Part shown: positions 13,922 to 27,288 of the stretch, piece by piece
Layout: every line of letters starts with the position of its first letter
Position numbering within the stretch: position 1 is the first letter of the stretch
Assembly (NCBI GenBank): GCA_030141605.1
Contig: JAQGDQ010001012.1
Location: 6,633 to 70,632, forward strand
DNA: 64,000 nt
From: Tubiluchus corallicola
Lineage: Eukaryota; Animalia; Priapulida
Reading direction: 5' to 3'
Program-made: the position numbers and the translations under genes
The notes under the pieces: model-generated
The model's input: the letters and a program-made list of their open reading frames with translations, nothing else
What the model was told of the DNA's origin: nothing
The model's database searches: none

Positions 13922-14158
13922 AATAAAGTGCCTCCAGCGCCTCGTTTGGCTGGCACAGTAGAATACCTTGACCTGGACTTGGACATGCCAAGTGGAACAA
14001 CGGTTGTAAAGTCGCCTCCAAAAACGCCCCGATCCCCAGATTCTCCAAGTGGAAGTTCCACCGGTGCTAGCACAGTTTACAAAACTGTGGACTTCGTGAA
14101 AACAAAGGCATTGAATGAAATCACTCAGAATCGAGAGCAGATGAGAAAGTCTCACTAA
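13922..14158 (+). CDS. Gab: Gab/DOS terminal coding exon with tandem SHP2/Corkscrew-binding tyrosines
   Basis: aacAG acceptor, phase 0. VEYLDLDL and VYKTVDFVKTKAL match the C-terminal bis-tyrosine signature of Gab1 (YLDL...YVVVD..KTLAL) and DOS. TAA stop. Confidence 0.92.
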   Translation, partial: NKVPPAPRLAGTVEYLDLDLDMPSGTTVVKSPPKTPRSPDSPSGSSTGASTVYKTVDFVKTKALNEITQNREQMRKSH

Positions 14159-17089
14159 TCACTTGTCTTTTATGTTATTGTAAAACGTATATTTATTGCT
14201 TCTACTTAACTATTAAGGGTATAATGGTGTCTGCTGATAGATGATGTACTACACCTATGATCGTGCACATGTATGCAGCTTGTCGCTAGGAATGTGCTGT
14301 ACTCTTAATGCAGCAGCTTGTACCTTAGGTTCGGCCTTTGCAGAAAATGTAGAAATGTGGCCCACTAATGATTTACTGGAATGCGTGTATGTGCAGTCTT
14401 GGGATAAATCTTTAAATTTTGCTTTCATCAAGCTGCTTACTCGAAAATAGTGTTCTCCGAATCAAAATTGTTTGTGCGCGATCATACAACCCATTAACCA
14501 TTGCATATTTACTTCCAAGGTTGGCCTGCAGCCTTCACAGTATTACAGTTCTCAACATCCGTTAACGTATCTTCAAAATCTGGCGATAATTTGCGCCAAG
14601 AACTAACTGCAGCTTTAAAGTTTTGCTGATAATGCTGGAGCTCATTAACTATTGTTCAAAGTTTTTGCAAAATCCTTTTGAGCAAAATTTTTAGGCCTAG
14701 TGTTTTTGTGCGTACATAAACTACATGGTATCTTACCTGTTACGCTCAGCTGTTATGAACAAGGTGTGTCGTACGCCTGTGGAACGCCTGAATTTGTTTT
14801 AGGTGCAGACTGAGTTGTGCTGTGACAAATACAACCCCAAGATTTTCAAAAAAACTAATTTGGCGCAAAGTATAATTTACAATGTACTGAATGTACAATA
14901 CTTACTGAAAATATTTTTTTGTACATAAGAATTTAGTTTGAATTTAGGCTTACTATTTTCAAATTCAGTTACAAACCCAGTACATAAGTCAATAATGTAA
15001 GGTACGCTCCTATTAGGTGTAAATATGCTCCTAAATTTATACTGTAACAGTTACGTATGTATTGGCATTTCTTGTAGTTCAAGTTGTGCTACAATAGTTT
15101 TGGGATAGCAGAAGCAAGTGCCCTTTAAACTAATTTGCTACCGATTGAAGTTCAATAGTATTTGAGTTTATATACCGGCCCAGACCTTTCTGGAAAAACT
15201 CTAAATATGTAACTATTTATATGTTTATAACTATTATAGTCTTAAATGCATACAATAAGCAAGTAAGCAGAAGTATTTTTGCTATTTAATAGATAACTGT
15301 AAGCATTTTTGCTTTATTAAATTTACTGTGTATACCTTCCTGGTTTCACTGTTTTTGAGAATTGGTGTATTTTATATTTGAACAATGTAGGTATCCTGTA
15401 AATAACCAATTTAGCAATTGTTTCCCTTTTATGAGTGTTTGTTTATTAGGACAAAATAGCTAAATCTAGTTATTTTTTGTTGAAGTATATTTGTATCTTA
15501 AAGGAATACTTTTTAGTGACTAAAAAGTTTTTATTTGGCCTAAAGGTGCTAATGTTAAATTTTGATTTGTAGCCTTAATCAAGGAAAATATTACTTGTGG
15601 TGTGTTGTGGTAATGATGTGTGGTAGTGATAATGTTATATAAATTTAAATTTTATTGTGATTGTGAAAATCTTATAAACCTAGTGACTATGTAAAATACA
15701 CAGTTACTTAAACATAGTTTGACTTTTTAGTCATCTGGTTTGAATGTTGCATGATTCCTTTAATAATAATTCCTAATTTGAAAGTCCAGTTGAAAATTGT
15801 TTGCTTTAAGTATATATGAAATCTGCCACTTTTGCTAAATTTAACCTATAAAATTTGGCTTTGTAAATTTTGCTATGTTGAGCTAATTGCAAACGTTTAT
15901 GTAGTTTGTTGAAATTATTGGAACATCGAAAATTTTCGTGTGATTATGTACTGATGGAATTACGATGTAGCTACATGTTTAATATTATCCATTCTGTTAT
16001 TTTGTAGAAAATAGTTTTATAATAATTTATAATAATGAGCAGTTATTTATGCATCATTGTTCGGTTGTTATAATGCATAAACATTCAACATAGTCTTTGC
16101 TTACTGCTTCTCACATGGTAAAAAGGTAAGGGATAGCATATAACTTATATATTTATTATAACTCTCCCAAACACATTATTTCAGAAAATAAAAAATGGGT
16201 GTTCCAAGTAGCAATAGCATGCTGCTCGGAGGGAGAGGGGTGAAAAAGAACTTTGAAAAAATGCCGACAGCCTGGAAGCTGTGACCGTTTGCGTATTTTA
16301 GACAGAGCTCCGCAAAGGCAAGATTGAAATTTGTTTGTTCAGCCTTTTGTCCTGCCCTTAGCAATGCTGCCTATTCAATATCAGCATTATGTTCAATTTT
16401 TAGTACATTTTAATCTCGCTAACCCTTGCTAACAACAATTCTAATGTCTAGTCTATACATATGGTGGTTTCCCATTTGATTCCCCGAAGGAAAATCCCGC
16501 GTTTTTTCCGCGCGGCTCGTTGAAATATAAAGCGGTTTTTACATAACTTCCATGCCACTTTCAGAAATGGCGCCGTTTATTGTAAATGAATTGTTAGCAC
16601 TGTATTTATATAGATCAAATCGTAAAATTGCTAGAAGGCGCAGGCGTACATCAGTGTATAAAGTATTGCAAAAGGACCATATTTTTTGAATAATAAATCC
16701 TTATTCGAAGAAAAGAAACATATAAAAAAGGTGCCTTTATGCAGACTCAGATGAACAATTTACATTTTCATATAACTAAACTTCATATATTCAGTTTCAC
16801 ACCATGTACAACACATAATTTAAAATACAGTACATGTACTTAGATTAAATGTGATTTTAAATGATTCACAATGATTGTACACATGAATTAACTTTTTACT
16901 CATACGTAATGCATGTATGAGTAATACATGTAGTGTTTGTAAATTAATAATTATTTAGTGTGAAACTGATCAGCTTTGTAAAAGACATTATTAGATATAA
17001 TAAAAATAATCTAAATTTCTTTCAACCGAAGTTAAACAACAATAGCTAATGGTGTTATTCACTTCAAGAACTGCCACACCAAATTCACT

Positions 17090-17175
17090 ACATCACATGC
17101 TGATTATAACAATGATGATGATGAGAACACAATACAGCACCAACACCAAAAGCACAGCATCATAGCGAAACCTTA
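17090..17175 (-). repeat. Diverged fragment of the Helitron-associated module B family
   Basis: CATCACATGCTGAT...GATGATGATG...CAGCACCAACACCAAAAGCACAGCATCATAGCGAAACC aligns by eye to 58560-58662. Confidence 0.55.
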
Positions 17176-17324
17176 GCTCTTTGACCCATCCACCAATGAT
17201 CAGTAATGCACAGACATTCTGCACAGTGTTTGCAAACCTCCCTTTTGATCGTAATAGACTAACATAGTAACACTTATTATTGTAATAGCCAACAGCAGCT
17301 GCTGCTACTGAACTAAATTATAGG

Positions 17325-17715
17325 TGTGGCATCACAAGAGTAATGAGAAGCTGTGTTAAATAATGATTTTGATGAAATTGGCGATTAAATTATTTAGCTT
17401 AATAACTCAAGATTAAATGCTTGACAAGAAGCCTAGTTAGGCGTGGCATCACGTGACTAGCCGATCTTCGATCGGCTGACTGACTCATACTGATGAAACC
17501 CTTATGCGCAGAAGCTCATGGCGCATTAGAGAGTTAGTCAAAAAGCGTTTTGATGCCTGCACCTCGAGCAGATTAGGAACTGACTTGGAGACGGAGGGCA
17601 GGCATTATTATTTTATGATATTTACTGTGTTGTGTTTAATATTTAGTAAATATGTTGCTTCTTAACTCAGGTCTTGATAGTTTGCCATGCCCGTCGTGGC
17701 TGCTGACGCGCCACA
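17325..17715. mobile_element. Possible solo LTR or MITE (~390 bp)
   Basis: Ends TGTGGC...GCCACA with inverted flanks TTATAG/CTATAA; GC-richer than surroundings; no clean TSD. Confidence 0.4.
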
Positions 17716-18989
17716 CTATAAACAACAATAATCAGCAAGCAGCTTTAACCACAAAATAAACAAACAACCGAACTATTTTACTGTAAGATTCTTAATACAA
17801 GTTAAATAGTATAAGTGTCATGGGAATGACACCATGTACTTAACCAGCATACTTTGATTTACATAGTAGTAAGTTAACACCCGAACTATAATATTTGGCA
17901 TTTTAGTACTGTACATGTGAGTTTTAGAATTAATTCAAAAAATAATAATTATGCTCTGTGAAACGCTTTAGCAGCATCTGTAAATAAGATGTGTACAAAA
18001 GTGTCCCTTGTAACATAACCCACAATTTGTTTTAGATATTACATTTCCGTGCCAAGTTTTTGTGTGAAGCCAAACTGATTAGGCATGGTTACAAAACAGG
18101 TTTTATAACTCCCCCAAAATAACGTTTTCCATAATTTTACAAGGAACTGCAGATAGACTAGAGCAATAGGCCTGAGGTTGGTTTTTGCAGTGATTTCGAT
18201 TTTTCACTTTTGATACATGTAATTGGAACTAATCCTGACAATATAATAGAATCAGATACATAGCAATGTGTAATACATGATGAGTAAAGCAAGGCTAACA
18301 GAGTACTACTACTAGTAGTAGTAGTCGCAGTAGCAGGAGTAGTAATTTTTATTAACACGGTAAATAAATCATTCTAATGAATTTCACAAAAAACCATCTC
18401 GAACACCCAGCGGATGAAACAAAGAGCTCCTGTGATTATTGTCTAACCGATAACAGTATTTTCAGTGATAATTATCGGTGTTGCAGTTGTCAAAAAAAAA
18501 TTTAAATTGGTAATGTCCAAATCATTGATTTTTTTCTTATTCCTCCGTTTTAGCACAGTCGCACAGAACATAGGTTTCAGTCAGTGACCCCACAGGTGCA
18601 TATGCAACATCTAATTTTGTGGGGTTTTTGACCAGCGGCCAGTCTTTATTGCCAGCCGATGAGAGGAGAGATGTAATCGCGCGACGTAGCTATAGGTTGA
18701 TAGTCGTATATAGCAATGCTAAGAATACATATTTAGCGAAGGTAGTTTGTACAGTGACGTTTTCAATGGCAGCTTGCACTTCATTTGCAGAGAATCTATC
18801 AATAGCACAAATATTAGAGCTAAATTTAGTTTGTAGTTGTTCAGCGAGGTCCTCATTATTAACTGAATTAAATAATTCCTTAAAATACGACCCCACATAT
18901 CACAGTATTTTAGACTCTCTGGTTACGTCCTCAGTAATTTTATTGGAAATTAATCTTTCATTTAGTTTCGAATTTGACGACCTGACCAA

Positions 18990-21660
18990 ATTTGACGAAT
19001 TTGGGAGGCAGATACGGCTACACGAAGTTCGACCTTGCTGATGCCTACAACCAGATTAAGCTGGCACCCGAGAGTCAATGCAGGCTAGCTCTCAGTACCC
19101 AACGTGGTGTATTCCTGCAGCAACGACTTCCTTTCGGAATCAAGTCAGCGCCTGGTTACTTTCAGGAGATCATGGAGAACCTGACCAGTGATCTGCCTGG
19201 AGTTGCCATTTTCCAAGACGATATGCTCGTCAGTGGGCAAGACACAAATGATCACCTGAGCAACCTGAGATGCTTGCTCACTCGTCTGAATGACAAAGGA
19301 CTCAGATGTCGTCGTAAAAAGTGCACACAACCAAGTATTGAATATCTTGGGCACACCTTATCGGCCGAAGGAGTCGCAAAAGGATCCCAGGCCGAGGCAG
19401 TCATGAAGATGCCACCTCCTACAGACGTCTCAAGCTTGAAATCGGGTTCGGTTCAGTTCTACGCGAAGTTCATCCCAAACCTGGCTACTATGGCAGAGCC
19501 TCTTTACCGCTTGACCAAGAAGACAGTCCCCTGAAAGTGGGGAGATGAGGAGCAAACAGCATTTCAAATGCTGAAAAATATGCTATCCTCAGATCAAGTT
19601 CTTGTGCATTTCGACCCAGACAAGCCTCTGGGATTGGCTTGTGACGCGTCCAACGTTGGAATTGGAGCTGTCCTGTTTCATCGCTATCCGGACGGAAGCG
19701 AGCGCCCAATTGCCAATGTGTCCAAGACTCTCACAGCCACAGAAAGGAACTACAGCCAAATACATAAGGAAGCCCTAGCCATAATCTTCGGCTTACGGAA
19801 ATTCTACCAGTACCTCTACGGGCGTCATTTCACACTGGTGACTGATCATAAGCCACTGACTTCACTCTTCGGACCGAACAAAGGGATGCCACTTCTTGCA
19901 GCTAATCGTCTAGCTTGGTGGGCCCTGTGGCTAAAATAGTTTGACTACACCATCGAGTACCAGAAAACAGCAGGTCACGGCAATGCAGATGCCCTTAGTC
20001 GCTTCAACAGGGAGGAAAATGATGAAGACATGGACACAGTGTGTGCCATTAAAGTTCTCAGTCTTCAAGTCAAGCCTGTGGACAACAACATCCTCCGACA
20101 AGAGTCAGCGAAAGATCTAGTGCTAGCTACGGTCATGCGCTATGTCCGAGAAGGATGGCCGCCCAAGCACGCTGAGATCAACGAAGAAGTCGAAAAGTTC
20201 CAGATGTTGTCGGATTCACTCAGTATCTGCCACGGATGCCTCATCCATGGATCAAGAGTTGTGATTCCACGGAGCCTGCAGTCCAAGATTCTGGATCCAC
20301 TACATATCGGGCAGTTCGGCATGGAATACATGAAACACTTGGCAAGAACTGCTGTCTACTGGCCCGGTATCAATGCGGTTATCGAGATGGGTAGGCGACG
20401 ATGTGATTCATGCGGAGAACATCAAAACAAGCCATCCAAGCATGCAGTTCCCCCATGGATGCTACCAGAGGAGCCATAGAGCCACTTACACCTGGATCAT
20501 GCCATTAAATTCATGGGTACGAACTGGCTGTGATCACGGATGCCTACTCAAAGTATCCATGCATTCACCCTACGTCTTCCACGTCCACTAGAACCACTCT
20601 AGATCTGCTGGAAGAGGATTTCGCTCACTTCGGATTCCCTCACATGCTAGTCACAGACAATGCGTCACCTTCATCTCTGAAGAATTCCAGAGCTGGTGCA
20701 AAGAACGTGGATCACACATCTCACAGGAGCACCATACCATCCAGCTACCAATGGAGCAGCAGAACGCTTGGTGCAGACATTCAAGCAAGCACTCTGGAAG
20801 TCTTTCCTGCCCCCGAAGCGGCTCTTCAAGAGTTCCTGATGCAGTACCGGAGAACACCGACATCATGTGGATTCTCTCCAAGTGAACTCTTGATGTCTCG
20901 GCAGATACAGACAAGGATCGACTCTCTGTTACCCTCGCCAGTGCACACCACTCAGGGCAAGCAATCCAGGGAGTGATCTCGGTCAACTCCAGTCTCCGGA
21001 GGTGTTGTCAAGGTCACCAAGCAGTACAAGGCTGGAGATCCTGTCTATGCACTGTACTATGGACCTCACCGAGACGGACATCCCCAATGGGTACCAGCAG
21101 TCATCAAGAAGTCTCTGGGAACTCGCTGCTTCAACGTCAAGGTCCTTCCTCATTGTCCAGTATGGAGACGACACTTGCAACAGCTACGTCCACGCTACAC
21201 TTCTCCGGAGGACTATGAACCTGGTGCTGAGACTGACTTTTCTTTTGAACTTCCACCTGATCATCCAATTGAGATTCTGGAGGAACTGTCAGAAACTCTG
21301 AAGCAGACCGGAGCACCTCAGCCCATGTCCGAGACCAAGCCGCATGTGCCTGAGTATGGACCGGGCAACCCCAGATGATCCAAGAGGACACCCAAGCCGA
21401 GAGAGAGACTTTGTTGCTGATGCTTTGGAGACAGCATCAATTTCGGTGGGGAGGTGTTGTGGAGATCGCTGACGTCAAGTAGAATTGCATGGAACATCGT
21501 AGAATGTTCCGTCGGGATGACCACCTTAGTGTCTGGATTGTTCTCGAACATTTGTTCGAGAAGTTTCTCTACCGCGCTATATAAGGTGAAGCAGGCTGCA
21601 GACATGGGATCACGGATTGCACATCGCACACAGATCTAACACGGACTTATACTTACACTT
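18990..21660 (+). mobile_element. 5'-truncated, decayed Ty3/Gypsy LTR retrotransposon (RT-RNaseH-integrase, PPT, 3' LTR)
   Basis: KFDLADAYNQI, RLPFGIKSAP, FQDD; RNase H LACDAS/ERNYSQ/VTDHKPL; integrase H..YWPG..CDSC and VTDN. PPT GGTGGGGAGG at 21445-21454, followed by LTR start TGTTGT (21455). LTR right end uncertain. Confidence 0.93.
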
Positions 21661-22254
21661 TATATTTACATAAACGTTTTCCAGATTTTCACGTTTATTG
21701 TAATCATTTCAAAGTTCCTTCATCTTTGTGTAAGAATTCTCGCTCAATAAAGTAATAACATTTAACGGCGTTTTTTCTGGTTTTCTCTACGAGCCTTCCG
21801 AGAGAAACAAAACACAACAATATCCAGACTTTATCTACTTATTAGATGATGACAAACTAAAATTACTATTAGGCTCAAACGATTCAAAAATTCTCCAAAT
21901 TGCTTGTAATTTTGTTTTAAAATGTGTCAGTTCCCAAATTCAAAATAAACTAACCAAAATAAATGTATACAACTAACATCATTTATGTAAACTAAATTTT
22001 ACATGTGTATGCAACTATCTTAAATTTGTGTTTATGTATTTTCATGTTGTGCCATTGGGTTTATACATCGTGGTCTGATGTAGTGTCTTTGGTTTAAATT
22101 GTTGAGTTTGACATGTGTAATTGTGTTCTTGATAACGTGGTATAGATTTTTGTAGAGCTGTATATGTGTGTAATTGTATCTTTATAATCGGTGTCTGTAT
22201 TGTGTGATTTGTAATTGTGATTACCCAATAAAGTATCTTAAACATAGTGGTGCA

Positions 22255-23203
22255 CAGTAAGTTTGGTATTTTAAGTCATTTACAGGAAAGTTTGGTCTTT
22301 GTAATTTTGATACGAGGAATTTTGGTACAGTGCTAGGAAAATATGGTACCGGTGTATACAGTACGTCCAAAGTTTTGTCAATGGCACGGAACAAGTTTAG
22401 TACTAGGAAAATTCAATACAGAGAAATTTTGGTACAGGGAAAGTTTGGTGCTGTGAAAATATATTTATGCCTACTTAAGGCTAATATTATTGCACCTGTT
22501 TTTATTTAGATTTTTGTTTGTTTGTTTGTCTGTTTCTTGCTCGCTCTTTTCTTGTCATCACTACCATTATCATTATCATCATCACCATTATTTTTTGTCA
22601 TCATTGCTACTGTTGCCATTCTTGTTGTTGCTGTTGGTGTTGGTGTTGTTATTGCTGTTTTGTTGCTGTTGTTACTGCTGTTGTTGTCATTGTTGCTATC
22701 GCTGTACGCTATCACTATCATTGTTGTTGTTACTTTTGTCATTTTGTCGTTGCTGCCCTTGTTGTTGTTATTGTTGCCATTCTTGTTGCTGCTGTTGCTG
22801 CCATGTTTTCTGACGGATAATCATTAAAAGAGGAAAGCAGACATTTAGTGGTAATCCCGAAAGCTGTTTATTGAAATACAATATGATAAACGCACCACTG
22901 TAACAATAGGTCTAAAGAAGTTCAAACTATAGTACAATACTCTACAGTTACAATTCTTGTTGCTGTTGCCATTGTTCTTGCTGTTTGTTGCTGTGGTTGT
23001 TGTTACTGTTACAGTTCTTGTAGCTGTTGTTGCTGGTTTTGTTGTTACCATTGTTGTTGTTGCTGGACGTTGTTGTTTGTACTGTTGTTATTGCTGGTCT
23101 TGTTGTTGTTGTTGTTGTTGTTGCCATTCCTGTTGCAGTTGCCGTTGTTGCTGTTACTCTTGCCACTCGTGTTGCTGTTGTTAATTGTTGCTGATGTTGT
23201 TAG

Positions 23204-23234
<31 letters not shown>

Positions 23235-24220
23235 GCCATTCTTTTTGCAGTTGCCACTGTTGTTGTTGCTGTTGCTGTTGCTGCTGGTCTTGTTGTTGGT
23301 GGTGTTACTGCTGTCGTACTTGCTGTTGTTGTTGTTTTTATTGCTGGCAGTCCGGGCAGTGGCAGTGGTGTCGGTACTCGGGACGGGTACAGACATGATA
23401 ATCAACATCACCATCGCTGCCACTGCCACCACTGCCAACAGCAGCATCATGATAGTATTACATATCACCATCGCCACTGCCAGCAGCAGTAATAGGAGCA
23501 TCAAGAAGAACGATTTTCACTCCATACTGTGGGCCTCGATCGCACAAAATCAAGCTATGCTTATACAAAATGTTCTTTCCAGTGATATCACTGTCCACCA
23601 CTGCCTTTGTTCTCATCTTTGTTTGACAAACCTTGTTAAAAAACAAAAGAAAATGATCAGTTTTCCTGAAAAAATTGACCAATCTTTTCGAAAATTTGCA
23701 GTGTGAGTTGGACATTTTTCAGATTTTGTTGAAAAACTCTCAATGCATGTGCCTACACGTGTGTGGTAATCACTGCCAAAATTTTAGCTGCCACGCAATT
23801 ATGATGTTTTGCGGGTGTTTTAATAAACGAAACTTTCCAAGTGTCAAATTTCTTCCCTTGCTGAATGAATTTCTCTACAGGAAAAATTCGATTTTCTTGT
23901 AGAAACGATTTTTATGCTGTGATATAGAAGTGCTCTCATTTTTGTTTGGTACAAAATTTTCCTTTTACTACATTTTTCTAGTGCCAAAACTTCCTTGTAC
24001 CAATATTTCTTAATACTAAACAATCCTGGTACCATGTTTTCCTCATACCATATTATCCTAGTACCAAAAATTAATTGCACCTAAAGATTATTGTACCTAA
24101 ATTTGCCTATATCAGAATTACCCTGACGAACTAAAAATTCCTACCAAATTTTGCCAGTGCCAAACATTCATTGTACTAATTTTACTTGTAGCAACCTTAT
24201 TTGTACCAAGCTTTCCTGTA
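22255..24220. mobile_element. Foldback-like element: inverted arrays of a ~20-bp GGAAAnTTTGGTAC motif flanking a low-complexity core
   Basis: Left arm 22255-22455 has degenerate GGAAAnTTTGGTAC copies; right arm ~23860-24220 has the complement GTACCAAAnTTTCC. Confidence 0.6.
22500..23490. repeat. Degenerate (GTT/GCT/CAT)n trinucleotide low-complexity region
   Basis: Long imperfect triplet runs that generate poly-L/V/C/N/T ORFs in all frames. Confidence 0.95.
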
Positions 24221-25516
24221 TTCGATTTCATTTCACGAAGACTATGGCTGCTTCGGCTTGCGTTTCATAAAGTTCTCCAAAAATTGTTTTAAGTTGTTCA
24301 AAAGACGTGCAGTTGGAATATGTAGAATATTATGTGGTTTCTTTTAATTATTTTAATAATGAAAATTTTACAGCTTCATTATAATTAGATTGTGTGATTG
24401 AACTGTTAAAGCGTACTTTCCATTCTGTCTTCATAATAAAATCTCGAAAAGAAACTGTTATGTATTTATCCATTTGTGATGTCTGGTGAATAAATTATGT
24501 TTATCAGTAATGGCTGCTTGTACGTAGTTCACAATAAAATGTGGCGACTCTTGATGGGATAGTTATCGCTGTGTGAAGATTTTTAGTGAAAATTTAGATG
24601 GCGAATGCACAGATAATTGGATCCGTCAGCGAGTTTAATTACAGTAAGGAAGATTGGTGTAACTACCAGCAGCGGTTAGAAGCGTGGATGAGAGCGAATA
24701 ATATTAATGACCAACAGAAGGTAGATGTTTTCTTGTCATTAATTGGTCCGGAAGCGTTTAGCTTAGTGTGCTCTCTTGTAACGCCAGATTCGGTGAATAC
24801 AAAAACTTATGTGGAACTGACAAATAAATTATCGGATTATTATAAACCACGCCGTAATAAGATAGCCGAGAGACTAAGGCCCCGTGACAGAAAACAGCGT
24901 GAAGGTGAATCCATTGCGGAATATATTGTAGAACTACAGAAATGCAGTAAATATTGCGAATTTTCAGCTCAAGAGCTGTCTGACAACTTGCGTGACACTT
25001 TTGTGTGTGGGCTTCGCACAGGATTAATACAAGAAATTATTGGAAAGCTCTGATTTAACGTGGAACACAGCTCGGGAGATAGCATTAAATATGGAGGCAG
25101 CTACACGAGACACAAGTACACTTTCTGGCAGCGGATATGGTTCATCCGAGGTAAACTACACTGGAAGAGGTAAAAATTTGAGAAAGAAATTGGTAAAACC
25201 TAGTTACCCGATGACTGTAAATAAACCGCATGTTTCAAGTAAATGTGGTCTCTGTTTGGGTGCGCATGAGGCATGGAGATGTCAGTTTAGGAATGCCAAA
25301 TGTTATAAATGTTCAAAAATTGGGCATATCGCAAAGGTATGTAGAAGTGGACGCGGACTACCTGGAAATACCAATAGTGTTAATCCAGACAGTGATTGTG
25401 CTGACGTGGTTCAAATTAGTTCCTTGTATAATCTTGGTACAGCAAAAAGTGCTACTACAAATGAGTACCAAGTGAGTGTCATTGTGAACAGGAAGCCAGT
25501 TTTGTTTACAGTAGAT

Positions 25517-26235
25517 CAGTGGTTCCCAACCTTTTTCTTGCCAAGTACCCCTTCTAAATGTGGCGATCTTCAGCGTACCCCCACCTGATATTTTTCAACA
25601 AATCGTTTGAAAAACCAGTTTCCAGAAACAACGATTAATATTATCGACATTTTTTTATTTTAACTTTTTTTGAAAACATGAATTTTATCAGTGATTATTA
25701 AGAAATACGTAATTTGAACAACCTTCTCGAATATGAAAACATCAATACAGGGAAACGCGATCTTCACAGCAGTCATAATTAATGCGCACGCTGTTCTTGA
25801 TGATTATCAACAAGTTTTTTGATATCAGGTTTAATTGTTGATATTGCGACTCGCATGTCGCTCCTCAAATCCAAACGGTTTCTTGCCTTCGTCTTCAAAT
25901 GTAGCATTGCACTGAAGCCTAGCTCACATTTGTATGTTGTCACAAATGGAACCAACACCTCGAAAGCCAAATACAGCACAAACAAAGCGACAAAATATAA
26001 GCTTTTCGTGGGCGGGTAAAAGTATTTTCTAGCACACTGCGCAGGAATGATATTGTTTGTGAAATATTGCCTAACCTGTAGAAAGAATATCGCGATGCTG
26101 CAACTTGGTGTATTTTACCCTTTTCACCGGATACAGAAAGAAAAAAATGTGTCGATCTGACACACCTTCTGCGTACCCCTGGCATTGCTGTTGTTACCCC
26201 CAGAGGGTACCCGTACCCCCGGTTGGGAACCACTG
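25517..26235 (-). mobile_element. Non-autonomous hAT (Charlie/Buster-type) element, 719 bp
   Basis: TIR CAGTGGTTCCCAACC / GGTTGGGAACCACTG; 8-bp TSD CAGTAGAT. Carries a hAT C-terminal dimerisation fragment (PFVTTYKCELGFS..KTKARNRL, 25779-25960). Confidence 0.96.
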
Positions 26236-27288
26236 CAGTAGATACTGGAGCTATGGTATCAGTTGTATCAGAAACTGAGTATCAGGAAAAATTTTCTATT
26301 CTGCCTTTGCAACACACTAGTTTAAAACTTCGTAGTTACTGTGGTAATGAAGTACCAGTGTTAGGTCAAATACATGTTAGCATGTGCTATGCAGGTCAGC
26401 AAGTGACCCTTCCACTTGTTGTGGTTAAAGGTGATCGTGTTCCGTTATTGGGACGAAACTGGTTGAAGCATCTTAAGCTAAATTGGTCTGAAATTTTTAA
26501 CGTATATAAGCCTACATGTGGTGCCACAGTTGATAGTGTGATGGAAAAACACAAGTCAGTTTTTCAGTCATGAAGTAAACCGATTAAAAGCTACCAAGCA
26601 CACATTGAGCTTAAACAAGGTGCAAGACCTATATTTTGGAGACCACGACCAGTACCCTATGCTCTTAAGGATGCTGTGGATGAGGAGTTAACCCGGTTAG
26701 AAAACAATGGTATTATAAAGAAAGTGGAAAATAGCAAATGGGCTGCTCCAATAGTGGTTGTCCCCAAAAAGAAAACTGGGAAGGTCAGGATTTGTGGTGA
26801 TTATAAGGTTACAGTAAATCAGATGGTGGAAGACGAACCGCATGATTTTCCGACAACAGCTGATATGTTTGCGACCCTATCAGGTGGTAAAATTTTTACC
26901 AAGTTGGATTTAACAAATGCCATATCAACAGCTAGAACTAAACGAAGAGTCTAAAGAATTACTGACTGTGAACACTCATCGAGGCCTTTACCAGTATCAA
27001 CGTCTTGCTTTTGGTGTGAAAACTGCGCCAGCAATTTTCCAGAAAATGATGTATAAAATTTTGTGTGGTGTTGAGCATACATGTTGTAAAATAGATGATA
27101 TTTTAATTAGTGCACGTGATGACAAGGAGCATGTTAAATTGCTAGATAATGTGCTTACTAGATTAGCTAACCATAATATACATCTAGGCAGAGATAAATG
27201 TTATGTAGGTGTTCAAAGTGTTGAATTTTTAGGTCATATGATTGAGCCAGCTGGAGTTAGACCTACCGAAGAAAAGGTAGAAGCCATT

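Noticed and set aside
16455-16700. Possible PIF/Harbinger end or promoter (GGTGGTTTCCCATT, ATGGCGCC)
   Set aside because: No matching second TIR and no associated gene found.
18390-18985. ORFs 18619-19041 and 18690-18896 as host genes
   Set aside because: The - strand peptide (YFKELF..FSANEVQAAI) looks like a LINE linker remnant abutting the Gypsy fragment.
22490-23706. Cys-, Leu-, Asn- and Thr-rich ORFs (metallothionein- or mucin-like)
   Set aside because: Products of degenerate triplet repeats open in many frames; no splice or domain support.
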